64,000 nucleotides of DNA from Gammaproteobacteria bacterium (lineage in GTDB: Bacteria > Pseudomonadota > Gammaproteobacteria > Pseudomonadales > PIVM01): positions 40,833 through 104,832 of the forward strand of contig PIVM01000003.1 of NCBI GenBank assembly GCA_003353945.1. Reading direction: 5' to 3'. Of the stretch, positions 32,553 through 43,784 are shown piece by piece. The number at the start of each line of letters is the position of its first letter. Within the stretch, counting starts at the first letter, position 1. The notes beneath the pieces are model-generated. The model was not told the DNA's origin, did no database searches, and saw only the letters and a program-made list of their open reading frames with translations. A program made the position numbers and the translations under genes.

Positions 32553-33689
32553 TTATCGTGCAGCCATCAGCTCAATAAAATGATCAAACAACATAGCGAC
32601 ATCATGAGGTCCGGGACTGGCTTCCGGGTGCCCTTGAAAACTAAAAGCCGGTTTATCCAACATGTGAATACCTTGCAAGGATCCGTCAAACAAGGACTTA
32701 TGGGTCACTTTCAGAGTACTAGGCAGACTTTTCTCATCAACCGCAAAACCATGGTTTTGACTGGTAATTAATACACTGCCTTCTTCGACATCTTGAACCG
32801 GATGATTGGCGCCGTGATGACCAAATTTCATCTTCACTGTCTTTGCACCGGTGGCCCGCGCCAGCAATTGGTGCCCCAGACAAATGCCAAACATCGGCAA
32901 GTCCGTTTCTAATAGTGCTTTAATCGCTTCAATCGCATAGTCACAAGGCTCTGGATCACCCGGACCATTGGACAGAAAAATACCCGCTGGATTCATCGCC
33001 AACACATCGGCGGCGGGCGTCTGCGCTGGCACCACCGTCACTCGGCAACCTCGATCCGCTAACATCCGTAATATATTGCGCTTAACGCCAAAGTCATAGG
33101 CGACTATATGGTAGGTAAAATCTGACTGCTGCTCGTGACCGACGCCCAGCTGCCAACTCTTTTCTGTCCATTCATATCGCTCGCTGCAGCTCACTTCCTT
33201 CGCCAGATCCATGCCTTTCAAGCCCGGAAAGTTTCTAGCCTGCTCAACTGCCTGCTCTGGGTCAATCGATTCATCTGCCCCATGGGCCGCGATAATGCAG
33301 CCGTTCTGAGCCCCTTTTTCACGCAGTATTCGAGTCAGGCGACGGGTATCAATTTCTGCAATACCGACAATTTGATGCTGTATCAAGTAATCACGGAGTG
33401 TCTGCTCACTGCGAAAACTGCTTGCCAGCAGTGGCAAATCACGTATAACCAATCCCGTTGCCCATATACTGGAGGATTCCTCATCCTCACTATTAATACC
33501 CGTATTTCCAATATGGGGATAAGTGAGCGTAACAATCTGGCGGGCATACGATGGGTCAGTTAAGATTTCCTGGTATCCCGTCATTGCAGTATTGAAAACA
33601 ACCTCACCCACTGCCGCCCCGGCAAAGCCAATGGCTACACCGTGAAAAAGACTTCCATCTTCTAAGGCTAATAATGCTGGAACGGTCAA
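32553..33689 (-). CDS. carA: Carbamoyl-phosphate synthase small (glutaminase) subunit
   Basis: 378 aa with GICLGHQLL (catalytic Cys) and HPE. The start codon is TTG, 7 nt after GGAGG. E. coli carA also starts at UUG. Confidence 0.95.
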   Translation of the reverse strand: MTVPALLALEDGSLFHGVAIGFAGAAVGEVVFNTAMTGYQEILTDPSYARQIVTLTYPHIGNTGINSEDEESSSIWATGLVIRDLPLLASSFRSEQTLRDYLIQHQIVGIAEIDTRRLTRILREKGAQNGCIIAAHGADESIDPEQAVEQARNFPGLKGMDLAKEVSCSERYEWTEKSWQLGVGHEQQSDFTYHIVAYDFGVKRNILRMLADRGCRVTVVPAQTPAADVLAMNPAGIFLSNGPGDPEPCDYAIEAIKALLETDLPMFGICLGHQLLARATGAKTVKMKFGHHGANHPVQDVEEGSVLITSQNHGFAVDEKSLPSTLKVTHKSLFDGSLQGIHMLDKPAFSFQGHPEASPGPHDVAMLFDHFIELMAAR

Positions 33690-33766
33690 GAAAACCTCCT
33701 AAACTGAATTTTGCGATCTAACATTTATGATCAACAACAGGAGTATGGATGCGGGATTTCGACTCG

Positions 33767-33799
33767 AAAAAAAGCGAGATGAAGCATACCTCACCTCGC
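33767..33799 (-). terminator. Rho-independent terminator/attenuator in the carA leader
   Basis: Minus strand reads GCGAGGTGAGG-tatg-CTTCATCTCGC followed by TTTTTTT. This is an 11-bp stem including two G-U pairs. It lies about 75 nt upstream of the carA TTG start. Confidence 0.6.
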
Positions 33800-34050
33800 T
33801 TTATTCTGTGCTGCGGTTGCCTAGTCGCATTTACCAACCACCACAACCCATTCATACCTATTCTGGGGTGCGGATTTTACGCGAAAGAACTACTGACTGT
33901 CCATTGACTAAATATCGCAATATGTCATTTTATGATCTAGCCCGGATTTCTTAGCAGGGTCGCGATTTGTGAAGAATTTTGGATTCTTGGAATTTGCCCT
34001 CAAGAAAAGGCATTTGAGCAATCCTAGAAAACTCAGACAATATTTCTATG

Positions 34051-34431
34051 TCACAATCGAAGGGTGTTGCTATCCAGAGCGCTGTGATGCACACGAAGGA
34101 TAATTAAATCCTCACCATCAAGCCGATAAATCACATTGATTTTTTCTACTGGAAACAAACATACGTCACCTCCTATACCTTCCCGGTGCGACCCCATTCC
34201 GGGATTGAGCCTCAATAACTCAAAGTGTGCGTACAAACGATCAAGTAGACTGCCGGCATATTCTGGATAGCTTTCTGTAGCAATATGAAACCAAAGTTCA
34301 GCCATTCCGTATTTTATGTGCCGGCCATATTCTCTTGTCAAGCCAAATGCATATAACGACTGATACTTTGTGGATTTGAAATAAAAACAAAATGAAACTC
34401 GTAACCATAAATATGCTCTTTCACTCGACAA
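34051..34431 (-). CDS. ParE/RelE-superfamily toxin-like protein, no cognate antitoxin gene (possibly degenerate N-terminus)
   Basis: The C-terminal two thirds (ELWFHIATESYPEYAGSLLDRLYAHFELLRLNPGMGSHREGIGGDVCLFPVEKINVIYRLDGEDLIILRVHHSALD) fit the ParE pattern. The N-terminal 40 aa look non-native and the track start is TTG. The gene begins 41 nt after the dapB stop. Confidence 0.45.
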   Translation of the reverse strand: MSSERAYLWLRVSFCFYFKSTKYQSLYAFGLTREYGRHIKYGMAELWFHIATESYPEYAGSLLDRLYAHFELLRLNPGMGSHREGIGGDVCLFPVEKINVIYRLDGEDLIILRVHHSALDSNTLRL

Positions 34432-34471
34432 GCATAGAGGTTAAATCTGCTTGAATGTTAGTGCGCGGTAT

Positions 34472-36465
<1,994 letters not shown>

Positions 36466-36493
36466 GCTGGCTGTTGCGCCTGTTTCGATGATT

Positions 36494-36522
36494 TAAATAC
36501 AAACGCGGGACCAGGCCCGCGT
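36494..36522 (-). terminator. Hairpin (partial terminator) between dnaK and dnaJ
   Basis: Minus strand reads ACGCGGG-cctggt-CCCGCGT followed by TTGTATTT. Confidence 0.5.
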
Positions 36523-36607
36523 CATCTATCTTTTGCGTTTATTCTGCGGTGACGAAGTATAACGTCTTGTTGTCCGTTTTACCCGCAGGATGGCCCTACC
36601 AAACCAT

Positions 36608-38554
36608 TTACTTGTCATCCTTAACTTCTTCAAATTCTGCATCTACGGCATCATCAGAGCCACCTTGTTCCGCACCAGCATCCGCTTGTGCATCGCCGCC
36701 TCCACAGCCACCTGCTCCTTGCTCTCCTTGCTGGGCCTGCTCCGCGTATAGACGCTGGGCCAATCCCGATGATGCTTCAGTCAACTCTTTGGTTGCAGCT
36801 TCAATAGCGTCCTTGTCATCGCTCTTCATCACTTCTTCAACCTTGCCGATGGCAGCCTCTATTGCTGTCTTTTCATCAGCAGTGGCTTTATCGCCAGCTT
36901 CTTCCAGTGTTTTCTTGGTTGCATGCACCAAACTGTCAGCTGTATTGCGCACCGAAATCAGTTCTTCGAATTTGCGATCCTCGTCCGCATGGGCCTCTGC
37001 CTCCTTGACCATATTTTCAATTTCATCATCGGACAAGCCTGAAGAGGCGGTAATACGTATGGATTGCTCCTTGCCGGTTGCCTTATCCTTGGCAGACACA
37101 TTCAAAATGCCGTTAGCATCAATATCAAAGGTGACTTCAACCTGCGGCATACCACGCGGTGCGGGCGGGATATCCGCCAAGTCAAAACGCCCCAAGGATT
37201 TGTTTTGCGCAGCCTGTTTACGTTCACCCTGCACGACATGAATGGTCACTGCAGATTGATTGTCTTCCGCCGTGGAGAAAATCTGCGATTTCTTGGTCGG
37301 AATCGTGGTGTTTTTCTCGATCAACGATGTCGCCACACCACCCATGGTTTCGATGCCCAGTGTCAACGGAGTGACATCCAGTAAGAGCACATCTTTCACA
37401 TCACCAGACAAAACCCCACCCTGAATTGCAGCGCCCACGGCAACCGCTTCGTCCGGATTGACATCCTTACGTGGCTCTTTGCCAAAAAAATCCGTGACAG
37501 TTTTTTGCACTAAGGGCATGCGAGTCTGACCACCGACCAGAATGACATCATCAATTTCAGACGCTGACAGATCGGCATCCTTTAACGCTATCTTCACAGG
37601 CCCTAATGAATTAACAACCAGATCCTCTACCAATGACTCGAGTTTTGCCCGGGTTAATTTCACGACCAAGTGCTTGGGACCCGTCGCATCTGCTGTAACA
37701 TAGGGCAGATTGACTTCGGTTTGCTGACTGGAGGAAAGTTCAATTTTGGCTTTTTCAGCCGCCTCTTTCAGGCGCTGCATGGCCAGAGGATCGCCCTTAA
37801 GGTCGTTACCGTTTTCCTTCTTGAACTCCTCAGCCAGATAATTAATCAGGCGCATGTCAAAATCTTCACCACCAAGGAAAGTATCACCATTGGTTGAGAG
37901 CACTTCAAACTGGTGCTCACCATCAACCTCGGCAATCTCAATAATGGAGATATCAAAGGTGCCTCCACCGAGGTCATACACCGCAATGGTGTGATCCCCT
38001 TTGGATTTATCCATCCCATAGGCCAGCGCAGCGGCGGTCGGCTCGTTAATAATCCGTTTGACATCCAGACCTGCAATACGGCCCGCATCCTTGGTTGCCT
38101 GGCGTTGCGAGTCATTAAAATAAGCCGGCACAGTAATGACCGCTTCGCTGACAGTTTCACCGAGATATTCTTCCGCAGTTTTTTTCATTTTCTTCAGTGT
38201 TTCAGCAGACACCTGCGGAGGCGCCATTTTCTCACCCTTAGCCTCAACCCATGCGTCACCGTTATCCGCCGCCACTATTTTATAAGGCACCATCTCAATG
38301 TCTTTTTGTACTACCTTATCCTGAAAACGACGACCTATTAGGCGCTTCACCGCATAAAGCGTGTTATCCGGATTGGTTACTGCCTGGCGTTTTGCCGATT
38401 GCCCCACCAGCGTCTCGCCATCATCGGTGTAAGCAATGATGGAAGGAGTAGTACGCCCTCCTTCTGCATTCTCGATCACTTTTGGCTTATCGCCATCGAG
38501 TACAGCAACGCAGGAGTTAGTTGTACCCAAATCTATTCCAATAATCTTTCCCAT
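36608..38554 (-). CDS. dnaK: Molecular chaperone DnaK (Hsp70)
   Basis: 648 aa. Motifs [17 protein letters not shown] and [11 protein letters not shown], with an acidic EEVKDDK tail. Confidence 0.97.
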   Translation of the reverse strand: MGKIIGIDLGTTNSCVAVLDGDKPKVIENAEGGRTTPSIIAYTDDGETLVGQSAKRQAVTNPDNTLYAVKRLIGRRFQDKVVQKDIEMVPYKIVAADNGDAWVEAKGEKMAPPQVSAETLKKMKKTAEEYLGETVSEAVITVPAYFNDSQRQATKDAGRIAGLDVKRIINEPTAAALAYGMDKSKGDHTIAVYDLGGGTFDISIIEIAEVDGEHQFEVLSTNGDTFLGGEDFDMRLINYLAEEFKKENGNDLKGDPLAMQRLKEAAEKAKIELSSSQQTEVNLPYVTADATGPKHLVVKLTRAKLESLVEDLVVNSLGPVKIALKDADLSASEIDDVILVGGQTRMPLVQKTVTDFFGKEPRKDVNPDEAVAVGAAIQGGVLSGDVKDVLLLDVTPLTLGIETMGGVATSLIEKNTTIPTKKSQIFSTAEDNQSAVTIHVVQGERKQAAQNKSLGRFDLADIPPAPRGMPQVEVTFDIDANGILNVSAKDKATGKEQSIRITASSGLSDDEIENMVKEAEAHADEDRKFEELISVRNTADSLVHATKKTLEEAGDKATADEKTAIEAAIGKVEEVMKSDDKDAIEAATKELTEASSGLAQRLYAEQAQQGEQGAGGCGGGDAQADAGAEQGGSDDAVDAEFEEVKDDK

Positions 38555-38621
38555 TATTGCTCTCCAAATCTCTAATTCACGGCTCGCATTTCGCGACCTA
38601 GGTTATTGTAAACTGATTTCT

Positions 38622-38650
38622 AATATTGGCGCCCAACCGCTATTTTCAAG
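38622..38650 (-). promoter_or_regulatory. Sigma-32-type promoter candidate for dnaK
   Basis: Minus strand reads CCCTTGAA-aatagcggttgggcg-CCAATATT, compared with the consensus CCCTTGAA-N13-17-CCCCATNT. About 65 nt upstream of the dnaK ATG. Confidence 0.55.
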
Positions 38651-38675
38651 GGTTGCGGCAGATATTCGCTGGTGA

Positions 38676-39302
38676 TCAGGCCTGTTCGTTAATTTTGGGC
38701 GCCGGCTTGGATATAACCACCATCGCGGCCCTGATCAGCCGCCCGTGCAAGGTATAACCTTTTTGCACCACATTCAGTACGCTGTTGGGTTCAGCATCTG
38801 GCGCCTCCACCATCGACATCGCCTCGTGAAACTGAGGGTCAAACGGCTCTCCCACAGGATCCAATTGCTCAACCTTGAATTTTTTCAAAACATCCAGGCA
38901 ACTTTTTAGCGTTAATTCAACACCATCGCTAAAGGTTTTTAATGCTTCGTTGTTGCTGTCTGAGGCCTCAAGCGCCCGCTCCAGGTTATCCACAATAGGC
39001 AACAATTCCCTACAGAACTTTTCCAAGCTGTATTTATGTGCATTCTCCACATCCCGCTCAGAGCGACGGCGCACATTCTGAGTTTCCGCCTGTACACGCA
39101 ATACCTGGTCTTTCAAATCTGTTGTCTCTTGTATTGCCTGGTCGAGCTGCTCCCGCAAAGCAATCAGATCGCTTGACTTATCTTCAATGGACTCCAGCTC
39201 TGGTTGAAGCTCAGCCTCTGGTGTTTCTAGTTCTGCCTGTTCTTGCTGAGGCTCTGTTTGATTGTTATCGTCGTCTGCCACTTTCATTCTCCGTTCAAAC
39301 AT
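38676..39302 (-). CDS. grpE: Nucleotide exchange factor GrpE
   Basis: 208 aa. Acidic N-terminus, coiled coil and a GrpE core ([33 protein letters not shown]). Confidence 0.92.
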   Translation of the reverse strand: MFERRMKVADDDNNQTEPQQEQAELETPEAELQPELESIEDKSSDLIALREQLDQAIQETTDLKDQVLRVQAETQNVRRRSERDVENAHKYSLEKFCRELLPIVDNLERALEASDSNNEALKTFSDGVELTLKSCLDVLKKFKVEQLDPVGEPFDPQFHEAMSMVEAPDAEPNSVLNVVQKGYTLHGRLIRAAMVVISKPAPKINEQA

Positions 39303-39549
39303 ACGTCTTAGGGCTGCGGAAAGAAAGAATTGTCCCGAGATTGTGGTTCAGCTTCAAGGCGTACAGCGTGCCCCGCGAAGCGTATTGGGTATCAAGAGGA
39401 GCAGGGTCCGCCCCGTGAAACGTCTTGGGCGTAGTGGGCCTATGTGACTCTTGATACAACGCAGAAGCTGGGGCAAAAAGCCCTGCAAGATGGGATGATT
39501 CTTTTTTTCCGCGGCACTTATACCTGGGTCACCCCAAAAACAGTGTTCA

Positions 39550-39577
39550 ATATGGGGACAGCCCTCATTGATTCAAG
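39550..39577 (-). promoter_or_regulatory. Sigma-32-type promoter candidate for grpE
   Basis: Minus strand reads CCCCTTGAA-tcaatgagggctgt-CCCCATAT, a near-perfect match to the E. coli sigma-32 consensus. It lies about 55 nt after the hrcA stop and about 245 nt before the grpE ATG. Confidence 0.65.
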
Positions 39578-39629
39578 GGGAATAGTTGGGAATTTATCCG
39601 ATTGGCGTCTAATGAACGGGAGCTCAGAT

Positions 39630-40670
39630 TTAGTTGGATTGATGCCCCATAGCGATACTAAGCAGTTTTGCAGTCAAATCGACCACGGGAATGACCCTCT
39701 CGTAGGCCATGCGGGTGGGGCCAATCACACCTAATACACCCACTCGCTCTCCGTCTGCGCTATACGGGGCAGTGACCACACTGTAATCGCCCAGCACCTG
39801 ATAACCGGACTCTTCACCAATAAAAATATGAATCCCTTCCGCCTCAACACAGCGATCCATCAAGTGAAGGATATCTTCTTTATGTTGAAATGCCTCAAAC
39901 AGCTCCCGTAGCGCATTAATGCTCTCGGGCTCAGCCGAATCAAGCAGGTTGGCCTGCCCAACCACGAGGCAATCATCAACTTTCTGCTCGCCAAAGGCCT
40001 GTGCACCCACATCAATACTGGCCTGCATTAAACTATCAAGCGCATCTTTATCATTCTGCATCGCTTGCAGCAGGCCGTTTCTGATCGTACCTAGAGACTG
40101 ACCCTCATAGCGGTGGTTGATCATATTTGCTGCGCGCATCAGCTCTTCAGCGCTGTAGACACGACGGGTATGAATAACCCGGTTTTGCACTTCATGCTCA
40201 TTTAACACTAAAATGACCAGCACTCTAGAGCCACTGAGAGGCAAAAACTCAACCTGGCGCAAGTAAACCAGATCACGTTTAGGCAAGGTGACAATGCCAG
40301 CCTGAGATGTGAGAGATGATAGCAATACCGAGGCGGACTCAATCAGCTCACTAGAGGACATATCAGGATGCATATGTGCATCGAGATTCTTTAGGTTCTT
40401 GTCATCAATTTGTTCGATAGTCAACAAACTATCGACAAACAGCCGATAACCCAGCGCCGTGGGAATTCGACCTGCGGAGGTATGAGGAGATGTGATATAG
40501 CCATATTCTTCCAAATCCGCCATTACATTACGTATGGTGGCGGGGCTAACAGCCATACCGCTCATTTCAGCAAGCGTCTTAGAACCTACTGGCTGGCCGT
40601 CTTGAATATATATCTGAACCAACGACTTAAGTAGATGTTGACTGCGATCTGACAATTGTTCTTGACTCAT
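39630..40670 (-). CDS. hrcA: Heat-inducible transcription repressor HrcA
   Basis: 346 aa. N-terminal winged helix (LSDRSQHLLKSLVQIYIQDGQPVGSKTLA) and an HrcA C-terminal domain (GVLGVIGPTRMAYERVIPVVD). Confidence 0.92.
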   Translation of the reverse strand: MSQEQLSDRSQHLLKSLVQIYIQDGQPVGSKTLAEMSGMAVSPATIRNVMADLEEYGYITSPHTSAGRIPTALGYRLFVDSLLTIEQIDDKNLKNLDAHMHPDMSSSELIESASVLLSSLTSQAGIVTLPKRDLVYLRQVEFLPLSGSRVLVILVLNEHEVQNRVIHTRRVYSAEELMRAANMINHRYEGQSLGTIRNGLLQAMQNDKDALDSLMQASIDVGAQAFGEQKVDDCLVVGQANLLDSAEPESINALRELFEAFQHKEDILHLMDRCVEAEGIHIFIGEESGYQVLGDYSVVTAPYSADGERVGVLGVIGPTRMAYERVIPVVDLTAKLLSIAMGHQSN

Positions 40671-40679
40671 AGTAAACCA

Positions 40680-40706
40680 AATCGGGGCAAAGAATTATTT
40701 TTCAAG
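40680..40706 (-). promoter_or_regulatory. Sigma-32-type promoter candidate for hrcA
   Basis: Minus strand reads CTTGAA-aaataattctttg-CCCCGATT. The -10 element ends only 9 nt before the hrcA ATG. Confidence 0.55.
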
Positions 40707-40849
40707 ACCGCATCATTTTGCCATGATTTGTGCCCCTGCAACCACTAACCAAAACAAAATCGCATATTATAGTGCCCATTACTTTATGATTATCATCCAA
40801 CATGGCACCTATTTTTGTTTGTCTAAATTCATTTTAGGAAGAACTAACC

Positions 40850-42520
40850 TTGCTGACACACCTATCCATCCGCCATTTTACCATTGCAGACCATATTGAA
40901 CTGGAATTTCAACCAGGCATGACGGTTATCACCGGCGAAACCGGGGCTGGCAAGTCAATTTCATTGGATGCACTGGCGTTGACGCTTGGGGATAGAGCCG
41001 ATAGCCGCACGATTAGCCATGGTGCACAGCGAGCCGAGATTGTGGCCACTTTTGACCTCACGCAGTTGCCTGATGCCCAAGAATGGCTGATAGATCACGA
41101 TATGGAACAGGATAATGACTGCCTTTTGCGTCGTATTATTACTCGAGAAGGCCGTTCAAGAGCCTATATCAATGGCCAGCCATGCACCCTGCAGGAGTTG
41201 AAAGCCCTGGGTGAAATGCTCATTGATATCCACAGCCAGCACGAACATCAATCGCTCCTGCAGCGCGATTGTCAGCGTCGGTACCTTGATGCCTACTGCA
41301 ATGCCAACGATTTGGCCCTAGAAGTGAAGAAAGCATGCACGCAATGGCAAAACTGCACCAATCGTCTTCGATCACTTCAAGCCAATGACGAAGAAAAAAA
41401 TGCACGCCTGCAACTACTGAGCTACCAGGCGCAGGAACTCGATAGCCTGGCATTAGCGGAAAACGAACTTGCCAAGCTTGAAGAAGAGCACAAAATCCTA
41501 TCCCATGCCGAGCAGACCATCCAGGACAGCCAGTTGGCGATGAATTTTCTTAGCAATGCCGACAGCGGCAGTGCAATTGAGAACCTGAATCAAGCCAGTC
41601 GATTGCTATCCAACATAGCCCAGCAAAATGACCGACTGTCGGAAATCAGCCAGTTAATTATCAGTGCACAGATACAAACCGAAGAAGCCTCGCGGGAACT
41701 GCAATACCATATCGATAACTTTGAAGCGGATCCACAGCGGCTGACAGAAGTAGAAACTCGCCTTAATGCCATTTATCAAATTGCCCGTAAACATCGAATT
41801 AAAGCCGAAGAGCTACCTGGTTTTTATCAGCAATTGAAAGAGGAACTGTCTGAACTGCAAAGTGGTGATGAGCAAATTGAAATTTTACAGCAACAACAGG
41901 AAGAACTGGCCAAGCAATACGATTTGCTCGCTAAGCGCTTAAGCAATAAAAGAGAGAAGGGCTCATCAAAGCTTAAGAAAGCGGTGACAAAGCAACTATC
42001 AAAATTGGGCATGGAAAATTGTCGATTTGAGATACATCTTCCTCAAAAGGAAACAGCCGCTCCCTCATTGAACGGGCTCGAATCCGTTGATTTTTTGATT
42101 TCAACCAACCCAGGCCAACCCGCCCAAGCCCTGAACAAAATAGCCTCTGGAGGCGAGTTATCCAGAATTAGTCTGGCAATTCAGGTCATTACGGCCCAAA
42201 CAAGCTCTACGCCCACACTGATATTTGATGAAGTCGATGTCGGGATTGGTGGTGGCACAGCCGAGGTGGTGGGCAATCTATTACGCCTGCTAGGGAATAA
42301 AAATCAGGTTATCTGCGTCACCCATCAAGCCCAGGTTGCAGCCAAAGGCCACCATCATGTCAGAGTCAGCAAACAAATTGACAAGGACAAGACGTTGGTG
42401 GAAGCAGAAAATCTGCTTGAATCAAATAAGATAGATGAAATCGCCCGTATGCTGGGTGGTCTTGAGATTACCGAACGTACAATGGCTCATGCCAGGGAAA
42501 TGCTGGAAACCACGGATTAA
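40850..42520 (+). CDS. recN: DNA repair protein RecN
   Basis: 556 aa with a TTG start after AGGAAG. Walker A GETGAGKS, a long coiled coil and the signature ASGGELSRISLAIQV. Confidence 0.93.
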   Translation: MLTHLSIRHFTIADHIELEFQPGMTVITGETGAGKSISLDALALTLGDRADSRTISHGAQRAEIVATFDLTQLPDAQEWLIDHDMEQDNDCLLRRIITREGRSRAYINGQPCTLQELKALGEMLIDIHSQHEHQSLLQRDCQRRYLDAYCNANDLALEVKKACTQWQNCTNRLRSLQANDEEKNARLQLLSYQAQELDSLALAENELAKLEEEHKILSHAEQTIQDSQLAMNFLSNADSGSAIENLNQASRLLSNIAQQNDRLSEISQLIISAQIQTEEASRELQYHIDNFEADPQRLTEVETRLNAIYQIARKHRIKAEELPGFYQQLKEELSELQSGDEQIEILQQQQEELAKQYDLLAKRLSNKREKGSSKLKKAVTKQLSKLGMENCRFEIHLPQKETAAPSLNGLESVDFLISTNPGQPAQALNKIASGGELSRISLAIQVITAQTSSTPTLIFDEVDVGIGGGTAEVVGNLLRLLGNKNQVICVTHQAQVAAKGHHHVRVSKQIDKDKTLVEAENLLESNKIDEIARMLGGLEITERTMAHAREMLETTD

Positions 42521-42582
42521 CTGCGGGCTAGGAAACTACTCGAAAGACATTCTATTAACCAAAAGACAGTACCGACAACCCT

Positions 42583-43008
42583 TTATTTTTTTGTTGCCTT
42601 TTTCGGTTTCACATAAAGCACAAGACTGTGCTCAAGCAGCTCATAACCGTATTTATCTGCAATCTTACGCTGCAGTTTTTCAATATCTGGATCATAAAAC
42701 TCAATCACCTGGTCAGTTTCTACGCAAAGCATATGGTCATGATGATCATCTTTGGCCATCTCAAAGACGGAGTGACCACTTTCAAAATTGTGTCGCGAAA
42801 CCAAGCCGGCTGATTCAAACTGGGTGAGAACCCGATATACCGTAGCCAATCCTACGTCATCACCCGCATCCAGCAGTGCCTTGTATACATCTTCGGCACT
42901 CATATGGCGGCCTTTGTCTTCAACTCGCTCCAATATCTGCAATATCTTGACTCTAGGCAAAGTCACCTTTAACCCGGCTTTTTTTAGGTCCTGGTTTTCT
43001 GTAGACAT
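42583..43008 (-). CDS. fur: Ferric uptake regulator Fur
   Basis: 141 aa. Motifs LKKAGLKVTLPRVKILQILE, HHDHMLC and related Fur features. Confidence 0.93.
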   Translation of the reverse strand: MSTENQDLKKAGLKVTLPRVKILQILERVEDKGRHMSAEDVYKALLDAGDDVGLATVYRVLTQFESAGLVSRHNFESGHSVFEMAKDDHHDHMLCVETDQVIEFYDPDIEKLQRKIADKYGYELLEHSLVLYVKPKKATKK

Positions 43009-43091
43009 TCGGCAACTACCCTTATCACTGGCGGCATATTTGGGTTATTATCCCATCTTTGACAAAGAATGAAAGTGGAAGTGGTTCGCAA

Positions 43092-43454
43092 ATGCAAAGG
43101 TGGATGATATTCATTTGTATTATGGTGTGCGTTTCAGCCTGCACCAATTTTAATTTCCCGGGCGTTTACCGGATCAATATCAAACAGGGAAACATTATAG
43201 AAGCGGATATGATAGACCAGCTTAAAACTGGCATGAGCAGGGATCAGGTACGCTATGTAATGGGCTCCCCAATGATAGCCGACACCTTTCATCAGGAGCG
43301 TTGGGATTATATTTATCGTTTAAAACGCGGAAACGGTGATGTGCTGGAAAAACACGTCACTCTGATCTTTAGTGAAGACTTACTAGCTGAAATTCGACAA
43401 GAGACCCAAAAATCGAGACCCAGCAATGGACCTCTCGAAAAAAAGGGTGGTTAA
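43092..43454 (+). CDS. bamE: Outer-membrane assembly lipoprotein BamE (SmpA/OmlA)
   Basis: Start MQRWMIFICIMVCVSAC carries a lipobox (VSAC). Followed by YRINIKQGNIIEADMIDQLKTGMSRDQVRYVMGSP. The track start 43059 is upstream. Confidence 0.85.
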   Translation: MQRWMIFICIMVCVSACTNFNFPGVYRINIKQGNIIEADMIDQLKTGMSRDQVRYVMGSPMIADTFHQERWDYIYRLKRGNGDVLEKHVTLIFSEDLLAEIRQETQKSRPSNGPLEKKGG

Positions 43455-43475
43455 GCTGGAAACCTTGGCCCTGAG

Positions 43476-43784
43476 TCATTTGCCCTCCCCCCTCTTTGCC
43501 ATTTCCGCACGCTGTTTGCGTGCTTCTTTTGGATCAGCGATCAGAGGACGATAAATTTCAACCCTATCGCCTTCACGCAAGCCATACAGCTCGCCCGTTA
43601 CAATTTTACCGAAAATGCCAACGCTGAGCTTCTGAAGATCTACCTCAGGAAACATCTGCTCTATGCCAGATAGCCGTACTGCTTGTTGGACGGTGGTGCC
43701 TTTTTCTACTTGGAGTTTGATAAACTGCTGCCTTTCACTCAAGGCGTAAGCCACTTCAACATTAATCACTTTATTATTTTCCAT
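43476..43784 (-). CDS. rnfH: RnfH-family ubiquitin-fold protein (YfjF/RatB)
   Basis: Start MENNKVINVEVAYA at ATG 43784 overlaps the ratA stop. Motifs VGIFGKIV and GDRVEIYRPL. Confidence 0.8.
   Translation of the reverse strand: MENNKVINVEVAYALSERQQFIKLQVEKGTTVQQAVRLSGIEQMFPEVDLQKLSVGIFGKIVTGELYGLREGDRVEIYRPLIADPKEARKQRAEMAKRGEGK

Noticed and set aside
36549-37241. 230-aa plus-strand ORF.
   Set aside because: It is antisense to dnaK, it is low-complexity (S/A/P-rich), and it lies entirely inside a high-confidence gene.
40768-40812. Inverted repeat TATAGTGCC-N27-GGCACCTAT considered as a CIRCE-like or operator element.
   Set aside because: The arms are short and imperfect and the spacer is 27 nt, against 9 for CIRCE. 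It is mentioned only under the recN finding.
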